From positions 549,455 to 613,454 of the forward strand of contig JBKAGE010000034.1 in assembly GCA_046290225.1 (NCBI GenBank): a DNA stretch of 64,000 bases, in the 5' to 3' direction. Source of the DNA: Bradymonadia bacterium. GTDB taxonomy: Bacteria; Myxococcota_A; Bradymonadia; UBA7976; UBA1532. Shown here one piece after another: positions 9,487-19,000 of the stretch. Position 1 is the stretch's first letter. Each line of letters begins with the position of its first letter. The translations under genes and the position numbers were made by a program. The notes under the pieces are model-generated. The model saw only the letters and a list, made by a program, of their open reading frames with translations, was not told the DNA's origin and did no database searches.

Positions 9487-9593
9487 CCCCCTTTGATACG
9501 GTTCGCCACTCGACGCCGGGCCCCAGGTGTAGAGGAGTAGGCTCTCACCTCCATTCGGCCCAGGCGTGAATCGACATTTCGAGGAGGACACAG

Positions 9594-12575
9594 ATGCGTC
9601 GATGGCGGATCTCTGCAGCGGCCCTCGCCGCCCTCGCCCTTGCGGCGTGTGATTCTGAAGATGCCACCGAAGGCGGCGAAGGCGGCAGCGGCGGTCGGGT
9701 GATGCTCGACGGTGGCGCTGGTGCCGGAGGCGCTGGTGGCATGGCCGGCGCCGGTGGCGGTGTTGCTGGTGCCGGCGGCGGCGTCGCTGGCGCAGGTGGC
9801 GCTGGCGGTGTCGCAGGTGCCGGTGGCATGGGCGGCGAGCCTGGCGGCGCTGGTGGTATGGGGGGTGAGCCCGGCGGTGCTGGTGGCATGGGTGGTGATC
9901 CTGGCGGTGCCGGCGGTATGGGTGGCGATCCAGGTGGTGCCGGCGGCATGGGTGGCGACCCCGGTGGCGCAGGTGGCATGGGTGGTGATCCTGGCGGTGC
10001 CGGTGGCATGGGCGGCGAAGGCGGCATGATGATGCCCCCGGACTGCATGCAGGCCTGCGCAGGTGCAGTGGAGTGCCTCACCGGTGGTGAAGAGCCTCTC
10101 TGCCCCCAGCTGAGCGCGGACGTGCCAGAAGATCCGCCGATCATCGAGGCGGCCTGTCAGGCAGCCTGCGAGGCGCAGCCCGATCTCTTCGCCGATGCCG
10201 CTGAGCAGACCTGTGTCGACTTGCTCGTAGACATCCTCACCGGCGAGCCCGAGTTCGGCGCCGCCTGTGCCCCCGGCCTCTTCGAGGCCTGCCCCGAAGA
10301 GGTGGCCGACTTCCAAGGTGAGCCCCTCGAAGGGGGTGGCTTCCGCCTCACCGGCGACAGCACCGAGCTGCCTGCGGGCCAGCAGGGCTCCTGCGGCGGC
10401 GCGGGCTCGGAGGCGGTCTACCGCTTCACCGCCCCCGAGGCGGGCCTGTGGCAGTTCTCCACAGTGGATGCCGAGACGCTCTTCGACACCGTGCTGCACG
10501 CACGCGCTCAGTGTGAGGCCCTCATCTCCGAGGTGGCCTGCAACGACGACTCAGGTGGCCTGCAGAGCACCATCCGCCTGCGCCTCGCTGCCGATGAGTC
10601 CATCTTCTTGTTCGTCGACGCCTTTGCAGAAGAGTCCGGCGGCGCATTTGCCCTCACCGCGGTGCCCATCCCCGAGCCCGGCATCGGCGAGCCGTGTGAT
10701 CCTGACGGGATCGCGAACATCTGCGCCGAAGGCACCTTCTGTCTACAGGCTGACCCTGAAGCGGATGCCGGTGTCTGCGCCATGGCTGAGGCCCCTGTCC
10801 TCGCCTCTGGCGTGGTCAGCATCGTCGAGAGCACCTTGCGCTTCCGCCTCGACGGTACGGACGCCAACGGCGACGTGAACACCGTGGGCATTCAGCTCCT
10901 CGACGCCGAGGGTGCTCCCCTGAACCTGCTCCCCGAAGAAGAAGAGCCACTGTTCGAGGGCTTCCTCGACTCGGGCATCTTCGGCGAGGTGGACTTCTCT
11001 CTTCGCCTGGCGGTGGAGTTGGAGCCTGCGGTGCTCGAGGCTGCGGCGAGCGCACGCTTCCGCGTGCTCGATCAGCAGGGCCTCAGCAGCGAGCCTCTCG
11101 ATCTCGAATTCAGCCCCCGCCCTGAGGCGGGCCTCGGCGAAGACTGTGACGCCACCGAGGTGGACAACATCTGCGCCGAAGGCACCTTCTGCTTCACCCC
11201 CATCGGTGAAGACGGTGAGGTCCCCACGGATGGTCAGTGCACCGAGGCCACGCCGCCCACGCTGAACACCCTGGAGGCCTTCTCCAACGACGACACCCTG
11301 GTGCTCATCGCCGAAGGGACCGATGCCAGCCGTGACGTGATCGGCGTGCGCATCACTCTGATCGACGGTGAAGGGGCCGTCATTCAGTTCCCTGATCCCG
11401 ATACGGGCGAGTTGACGGACGCCACCTTTGAGTTCGGGCCCGAGGAGCCGGTATACGGCGAAGAGAACGTGCGCATCGTGCTCTCCGTGGGCGGCCTCTC
11501 CAACTTCCCCGACACGGCCTCGATCCGTGGTGCCCTCCTCGACAGCGCGGGCCTCGCGAGCGATCCGGTCGACGCCGTCCTGATGGCTCTGCCCGTGGTG
11601 GCGGATGGCGAGCCCTGTGATCCCGAAGGGATCCTGAACACCTGCGACTTCCAGCGTCAGTGCGAGGTGCCCGAGGGCGCCGAGCAGGCGATCTGTGTGG
11701 CTCCGGTGCTGCCCGAGCTGGTGATGGGCGAGGCCTTCTTCAACCCCGACACGGGGGCTCTGGGCCTTCGCATGACGGCGACGGCCGAGACCACGCTCTT
11801 CGGCTTCGAGTACAACCTGCTCGATGGCGCCGGCGAGGTGATCCCGGTGAACGGCAACGCCGAGCCTCTGTTCGCCTTCGGCTTCGACAGCCTGGATCAG
11901 CCGATGGAGAACGGGCCCTACCTGGCATCGTCGATCCGCCTCCTCCCTGCAGGCCTTCAGGGTGTAGCGGCGGTGCGCATTTCGCTCATCGACGACGACA
12001 ACCTTCAGAGCGTGCCTGCTGATCTCCCCACGGCTCTGCCCCCCGAGCTGATGAGTGGCGCGGTCTGTGATCCGCTCGGCGCCTTCGATCGCTGCCCTGG
12101 CGAGGAGCTGTGCGTCGACGGCGAGCCTGCGCCCACGTGTCAGGTGGCCCAGTCGGTCTGCCCCGCGGAGTGGGAGGTGGTCGATCTCAACGGCCTGCGC
12201 AACAACGACGTCTGGATTGCCAACGGCGACACCGCTGGTGGTATGTCACTGACGCAGGGCACCTGTGGCGGCGGCTCTGCCCAGGGCATCTACGCCTTCA
12301 CCGCACCTGAGGCGGGCCTCTACCGCTTCGAGACGGACAGCGTCGAGGCCAACGCAGACACAGTGATTTACGTACGCTCGCTCTGCGGCATCGAGTCCCC
12401 CGAAGCAGAGCTGGCCTGCAACGACGACGACGAGGGCCGCAATCTGCTCAGCGCCGTGGAGATCAACCTCGAGGCGAACCAGGAGGTCTTCGTCTTCGTG
12501 GATGGTTACTTCGATGCCCTCTTCGGTGATGGCTGGCAAGGCGCGTACATCCTCACGGTCTCCCGCCCCGAGTAA
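9594..12575 (+). CDS. Large Cys-rich acidic lipoprotein with Gly-rich tether and PPC-like beta modules
   Basis: SD GAGGAGG; signal peptide with lipobox LAAC; GGAGGMGGDP repeats; two DTV..R..C...E.ACNDD modules; four GxxCD..C Cys knots. Confidence 0.85.
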   Translation: MRRWRISAAALAALALAACDSEDATEGGEGGSGGRVMLDGGAGAGGAGGMAGAGGGVAGAGGGVAGAGGAGGVAGAGGMGGEPGGAGGMGGEPGGAGGMGGDPGGAGGMGGDPGGAGGMGGDPGGAGGMGGDPGGAGGMGGEGGMMMPPDCMQACAGAVECLTGGEEPLCPQLSADVPEDPPIIEAACQAACEAQPDLFADAAEQTCVDLLVDILTGEPEFGAACAPGLFEACPEEVADFQGEPLEGGGFRLTGDSTELPAGQQGSCGGAGSEAVYRFTAPEAGLWQFSTVDAETLFDTVLHARAQCEALISEVACNDDSGGLQSTIRLRLAADESIFLFVDAFAEESGGAFALTAVPIPEPGIGEPCDPDGIANICAEGTFCLQADPEADAGVCAMAEAPVLASGVVSIVESTLRFRLDGTDANGDVNTVGIQLLDAEGAPLNLLPEEEEPLFEGFLDSGIFGEVDFSLRLAVELEPAVLEAAASARFRVLDQQGLSSEPLDLEFSPRPEAGLGEDCDATEVDNICAEGTFCFTPIGEDGEVPTDGQCTEATPPTLNTLEAFSNDDTLVLIAEGTDASRDVIGVRITLIDGEGAVIQFPDPDTGELTDATFEFGPEEPVYGEENVRIVLSVGGLSNFPDTASIRGALLDSAGLASDPVDAVLMALPVVADGEPCDPEGILNTCDFQRQCEVPEGAEQAICVAPVLPELVMGEAFFNPDTGALGLRMTATAETTLFGFEYNLLDGAGEVIPVNGNAEPLFAFGFDSLDQPMENGPYLASSIRLLPAGLQGVAAVRISLIDDDNLQSVPADLPTALPPELMSGAVCDPLGAFDRCPGEELCVDGEPAPTCQVAQSVCPAEWEVVDLNGLRNNDVWIANGDTAGGMSLTQGTCGGGSAQGIYAFTAPEAGLYRFETDSVEANADTVIYVRSLCGIESPEAELACNDDDEGRNLLSAVEINLEANQEVFVFVDGYFDALFGDGWQGAYILTVSRPE
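9816..10025 (+). repeat. 30-bp coding tandem repeat (~7 units, GGAGGMGG[D/E]P)
   Basis: Directly visible, with synonymous variation between units. Confidence 0.9.
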
Positions 12576-12603
12576 GGCGAACGGCCGTGAGCGAATGGCC
12601 ATG

Positions 12604-12729
12604 AGCGGACGGCCGTGCTTGCGCACCGCCTGTAGCGGACGGTCATCGCCTGACGGCGACAGCCTGTAGCGGACGCCTGCTTCGCAGAGCTGTAGCGGAC
12701 GGCGCTGACGCGCCTGTAGCTAAAGAGAG
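12604..12729 (+). repeat. Modular GTAG-type REP-like element, copy A
   Basis: CTGTAGCGGACG at 12630, 12664, 12690, partial at 12604, terminal CTGTAGCT at 12714; spacers are hairpins. Confidence 0.9.
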
Positions 12730-12815
12730 GCTTCAGGACTCTCCCCACCCCACCTCTCTCCCTCATCCCAAAGAGCCTACAAAGCCATAACCCACCTATG
12801 CCCGTGCCCCGCGTA

Positions 12816-13050
12816 GGCGCGGAGGTGGCAGCAGTCGTCGTGAGGTCGGTGAGGTCTCGTTCAGATGCGGGCTTTCACCCGCAGGGGTAGCAGCGCTACC
12901 CCGAGGACGGAAAGGTCGCAGCTGGGCGGGAGATCGCCGACCTCACGACGGCTGACGCCACCGCAGCGCCGGAGCAAAAGGAAAGGTCGCAGCTGAGCGG
13001 GAGATCGCCGGAGCAGAGAGCGGCTGACGCCGCCGGAGCGCCGGAGCAAG
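12816..13050. repeat. Second intergenic repeat family: ~65-70 bp unit, one inverted and two tandem copies
   Basis: GGAAAGGTCGCAGCTG.GCGGGAGATCGCCG...CGGCTGACGCC.CCG.AGCGCCGGAGCAA at ~12909 and ~12980; degenerate reverse complement at ~12816-12876. Confidence 0.8.
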
Positions 13051-13052
13051 GC

Positions 13053-16000
13053 TTAGTCCCCCTCAGGCTGGCCATCATCGGGGCCTGGCTCGAAGACATC
13101 AGCACAGAACTCGGGGTTCGGGTAGGGCGGGTTGATGTCGCGGAAGGCCGGCACCAGGCACTCGTTGTAGCTCCAGATCGCCGTACAGCGGGTCGAGCGT
13201 GCTTGGAACAGTTCCAAAGCCCCCACCACGTCGTCGCGCTCGTTGAGCAGGCGTAAGCCGCTCTCTCGGAGCACCTTCACCTGAAGCGTCACCGGGTTGT
13301 TGGGACCACAGATGAACTCCAGACGCATCTCCGAGAGGCCCGTACGGAACCGCACCGCCTCAGCGAGACAGGCTTGCCAGTTGCGTACATAGACCCCTTC
13401 AGTGTTCGCGCCATAGAGGCTCGAAGAGAGGTCCATCAGATCGAGGACCAGCTCCAGAGCGTCGCGATCACCGATGCACAGCTCGTCTTCACACTCCACC
13501 CCCACCGGCACGGCGAGGCGTGTCTGGATGTCTCTCAGAGTCACCAGGGCATCGATCACGCTCTCCCGGCCCGGGCCGGTGAGATCGAGCTCTGCATAGG
13601 CCTGAAGCTCGAGGCCGAGGCCTGCGATGGCCTGGTTCAAATCATCATTCACCGGCTGAGTGGCCAGGGAGCGATCCACCAGGTCCTCGATGTCGGGGAT
13701 GGCGAAGTTGTTGTACGACCGCTGACGGCACGCATCAGCAGCATCGTGCATGTAGAACCAGGCTTCGTTGAGCGACTGCCACAAATCGTTGGCGGCAAAG
13801 GCCTGAATCCCACCGGAGACCCAGCCCTCGAAGTCGGGATCTTCGAACATCGCCCGGCCCGCATCCAGGAAGTCCCGAGCGCGCCCCACCGACGGGTGCT
13901 CGAGATCTACCACCGGATCACCCACTGGGGGCTCCACCATGATCAGCCACTGCTCGTCCAGAGCCCGCATGTGCTGGCGCATGAGGATCCACAAGGTGTC
14001 GTCCAGGCGGGCGCCGAGGCCTTGCGCGCTCACCATCAAGTTGATCATGACGCGCGTCGCCACCAGCGTATTGCCTCGGCGGAGGTTCGATTCGCCCCAG
14101 AGGCCCAGCTCGATCCAGGGCTCGAGGTTGCCGAGCACCGAGGCCACCAGGGGGCCGTCGTCGAGGGCCCCAGCCCGCTCACCCACGAGCTGCAGCGTCT
14201 CGCTCATGCTGATGGGCCGCACCAGAATATCCTGGGTCTGCACCACCACCGAGTCGGTGTCACCCACCGTCACGGTGACGGTGTACACACCCGTGTCACG
14301 CCAGCTGTGCTGAACCTCGTTCAAGTCTTCACCCGAAATGGGATCCGAGCCGTCGCCGAAGTCCCAGGTGATGCTCTGGAGCGGATCCCCTTCCTCCCCG
14401 GCTTCTGCCTCGATGGAGAAGGTCCACATGGCGGCCTCGTAGATGTCCTCCGGCACCTCGATGTCCGAGATGATCGGGATGGCGTCGCGGATCTCCACCG
14501 GCACCAGCTGTGTCGTGGCCCCATCCTCGTCTCGAACCGTGAGCACCACCGTGTAGACACCATTCTGGGCGTAGGTGTGAACGGGCTGAGTCAGGTTGGC
14601 ACCACTCACCTCGGGGGAGCCGTCGCCAAAGTCCCAGATATACTCGGTGATGAGATCCGCCTGAGATCCTGGGCGGGTGGCCCGAGCGTCGAACTCGATG
14701 GGACGCCCCTGCAGGCCCGAGTACGGACCCCCAGGGCTCACGATGGGCGCCACCTCGCGCACTGAGACGTTCACGGGACCTGTGGCGCTCGTACCGAAGC
14801 TGTCAGTGACGCGGAGGCTGCCCGTGTACTCACCAGAGTCGAGGGGCACGAAGGCCACCTCTTCACCCACCAGCTCGTACACCCCGTCCAGGTTCATGTC
14901 CCACTCGAAGAAGACCACCTGATCTTCCAGCTCTGGCGGCTCGGAGCCCGAGCCGATGAGCGTGATCGGGCGACCCTCGGCGCCGACATAGGGACCACCG
15001 GCCACCACGATGGGCGGGTTGTTCACGCGGAAGTTACGCTGTTGGGTGTATCGGTCACCGTGGCAATTGAACAGGCTCAGCTCGAACCGGTACTGCCCGG
15101 GCAGAGCCAACGCCGAGCCTTGAGCGTAGACGAGGTTGAGGGCACCCACCTGCACGCTGGCCGACTGACCAGCGACACAAGCTGCCGGAGCCTCGACATC
15201 CCAGCTGAACGACGCCTCAGGGACCACATCACCGTTCTCAGGGCCTTCCAAACTGAAGGGCACCTCTTCCGCCATGAGCCAGTTGCGGGTCAGGCTGCTC
15301 TCGTTGCCGCAAGCATCCACCGCGGTGATCTGGAGCGTGCGCAGACAGGCATCTTCGCTGATCTCCTGGGTGATACGCGGCGCAGGATCGACGACGTCGA
15401 CGGCAAGCACCGAGGCCTCGGGCACTCGGCCGGGCTCGAAACATGCCCCTTCAACCAACAATGGGTTGACGCCGATCACCGGCGCCGTACGGTCGAAGGC
15501 CACCAGACCACCTGGGGTGATGTCTGCGCTCTCACCCTCATCGTTCGTCGCCGTAATCACCACCGTGCGGCTGCCCTCGACAGCCTGAGCAGCGTTGATG
15601 GGGATCTCGACCTCGAGGGCACTGCCGTCTTCGGGCAACACCACGTTGGCGGCGCCGACGATCAGGCCATCCACCTTGGCGAGCACACCCACGGCCCCAC
15701 CACCCTGCTGGCGCAGAGAGACCCGGAAAGGTCCGGGCGCCACGCCCACACAATCTCCACCGCGAGGCCAGAGCAGCTCGCCAGCGGGGGGCAGCTTGAG
15801 GCGTACGCGTACCTCGGCCTCAGCAGAGGCCGACCACTCGCCAAAGACGTCACGCCCTCTCACCCGCACCACCTGGGTGGTCCCGGTACGCCAGTCGGGC
15901 GATCGATAGTTGCGAATGATCTCACCGACGTAGTCGCTGCCATTGAGCTCCCCGGCGCCGTTGATGTCATCGGCGCCATAGAGGCCATCGTTGTCGGTGT

Positions 16001-19000
16001 CCCATGCGTAGGCGATGATGTTGTCGCACGGGGCATTAGGATCGAACGATGCCCGAGCGTCGAGATCGACGCTGGCGAAGACTCCACGCACTCGGGCGGT
16101 GACATAGGGGCCACCGGCATCCGCCACGGGCCGCACATTGGCGATGTCCACCCCCACGGTCACCTGGTCAGTGCTCGAACGACCCTGGGCGTCCACCACC
16201 CTCAGGGTGGCCGTCACCTGACTCTGAGCGATGATCGGGTGGGAGATCTCGGCGCCGCTCCGCTCAAAGGTGCCGTCGCCGTCCATATCCCAGAGGTACT
16301 CGACGATTTCGAAGTCATCGTCGCCTGCAGGGGCGTCGACGATGCTGTTGGTCCCGCTGAAGCGCACCTGCTCGTTGCAGCCTGCCGAGGCCTGAGAGGC
16401 TTGAGCCACTGCCACGGGGGGACCAGAGATCCAGAGACGGGTGGTGTCCGTGGCCACCCGGCCGAAGCGATCCTCCACCGCCAGGGTGATGTTGTACTGA
16501 CCCGGCGCGTCGAGACCCGCCTGAGAGAGCATCGCCGGCGAGATCAGGGGGTAGGCGCCATTCACATCGAAGGTGCCGTCACCGTCCAGATCCCAGCGAT
16601 AGCCCACGATGGTGTCGTCGCAATCAGCATCGGGATCCCGGCTGCGACGGCCATCGACCCGCACGCTGTCGCCGAGGGCGATGGTGTAGGGCCCCGAAGC
16701 ATCGGCCTGAGGCGAGCGGTTACCCTCGGTCACGTCAACGGTGAAGGGCATCGTCGCGCTGTGGCCTTGAGAGTCCTCTACGCGCAGGCCCAGGGCGAGG
16801 GGGCCGTCGAAGGTGTAGGCCCCAAAGCGGGAGGTCACCCGCTCACCCACGGCATCATCGTATTCGCCGTCTCCGTCGAGATCCCAGGTCCAGGACACCA
16901 CATCGACTTCGGGGTGAGGCTGAGTGGAGCCACTGGCGTCGAAGGAGACCAGCCCCTCGCATTCGGCAGGGTTCGGGCCCACGACAGCCACCGCCACAGG
17001 ATCAGGCAGGTGCAATGTGGCCTCGGTCTCCGCGGTGTTCGTGCGACCCGTGAGATCTTCCACCTCGAGGGTGACACGATAGGTGCCCGGCTCGATCCAG
17101 CCTGCGTCGGCCATGGCCTCCACCGAGACATCGACCACAGCCTCCTCACCATCGCCGTCATCGTCCTCCACCACGATGTCCCATACACCGTCATCGTTGA
17201 GGTCCCAACGGTAGAACCGGATGAAGTCGGCGGGATCAGGATCGAAGGAGGCCGAGGCGTCGAGCTCTGTCGCTTCCCCGACGAAGAGGTGGTAGCCACC
17301 ACCGCTGCCGTTGATCGGGCCGCCGACGTTGGGACCCCCCACGCGCTCGTCGGGGTGCGCCACCGCAGTAGGCGGCGTGAGATCGGGCAGGCCGATGAGC
17401 ACCTGCTCGCGAATGCTGTTGCTGCGACCTTCGGCGTCTCGAACTCTGAGCCGCACAAAGACCAGAGGGGGCTGATCCGGCAGTGGGGCGAAGACGCGGA
17501 CCAGCTCGGTCGTGGGGCTGTCCTGAGTCTCGAAGACCCCGTCATCGTTGAGGTCCCAGTCGAACTCGACGATCTCCAGGCCCGGCACCGGCGAATAGCT
17601 CGCCCGGGCGTCCAGGGTGATCCGGCTCTCGTTGTTGAGCGGGTTGATCGTGCCCGGATCAGGCGACTGGAACATCAGCGGCACTGGCCGGGTCTGATAA
17701 ATGCGGATGCCGGCCTGGGTGACATGGCTCGCCCCCTGGCTGTCGGTCACCCGCAGAGCGATCAAGTTGGTGGGATCACCCGTCTCGCGATCAGCGGGCC
17801 AGCTCATCTCGCTCAGCACCGCCCAGGGCAAGGTGATGCGCTGCCCGCGCAGATCGCCGGCGTCGTCGAAGCTGCCGTTGTTGTCGATGTCCCACGCGTA
17901 CTCCACGATGCTGTCACCACATCGGAAGTCAGGATCAGACGAGGGCGAGCCGTCCACGAGGAGCGACGAGCCGTCAGTCACCGTGTAGATCGCCTGAGTG
18001 GTGGCCGCCGTGGGCGAACGGTTGCCCTCCGTCACCGCCACATTGAAGTTGGTGGTGTGCGTGCGGCCGCGATCGTCGGTCACCGTGAGGCTGGCGGGGA
18101 ACGTCGAGAACCGATTGTAGGTGTAGCTGAAGTCGGAGTTGCCACCCACGCCCTCGAAGCCCGGATCAGGGTGCACATCCCAGGCGTATCGCACGATGCG
18201 GCGCTCGGGGTTGGGGTGGCTGCTGTCGTCCCCGTTGAAACGTACGGGCTGCAGGCAGGCAGCAGGCTGAGGGTTCACCCGAGGCACCGCGATGGGATCA
18301 CGGGGGTAGATGGTGAGGGTGCCCTGAGCCACCGCCACTCGATCCGTGCCGTCCACCACCCGCAAGCGAATGGTGTGCTCTACGCCCAGAGGCAGAGTAC
18401 TCAGGCGATCCCAGGGCACCTGCGGGTTCAGGCCATTGGCGTCGTCGTACTGGCCGTCGTTGTCGAGATCCCAGGTGGCGGTAAGCGTGTCGCCACAGTT
18501 CAGGTTGGCATCCTCGGCGCTGCCCTGAAGCGAGAGAGAGGCGGTGGCCTCCATGGTGTATGGCCCGCCGGCGAGGGCAGAGGGCGCCGCCGCCGGGGAT
18601 CGGAGCACGTTCACCGTGGTGGTGGTCTGCTCAGAAGACACCCCGTCGGGATCATCATCCAAAACCCTCAACGTCACCGTGTAGATGCCCGCCCGATCGT
18701 AGGTGTGGTTGATGAGCGTGGAGCCGTTGTTCGTTTGATGATCGACTGGGGCGCCAGTCTCCCACCAGAGGCCATCGCTGGCGTCCACATCCCATTGGAA
18801 CGTGGCGATCTGCCGGTCACGGTTGGGATGGAACGACTGTCGATGATCCAGAGCCACCTGACCGGCCCCGCCGCCGCGACACCCCTCAACGACTTCATTG
18901 GGCTGCACCGCCGCCAGAGGTACGGGCTTGGGCTTGAACAGGGTCGGGGTGATCGTGAGCCCGGCCCAGCCCGTCGTGAGGGTGGGTTGAGCATAATCGA

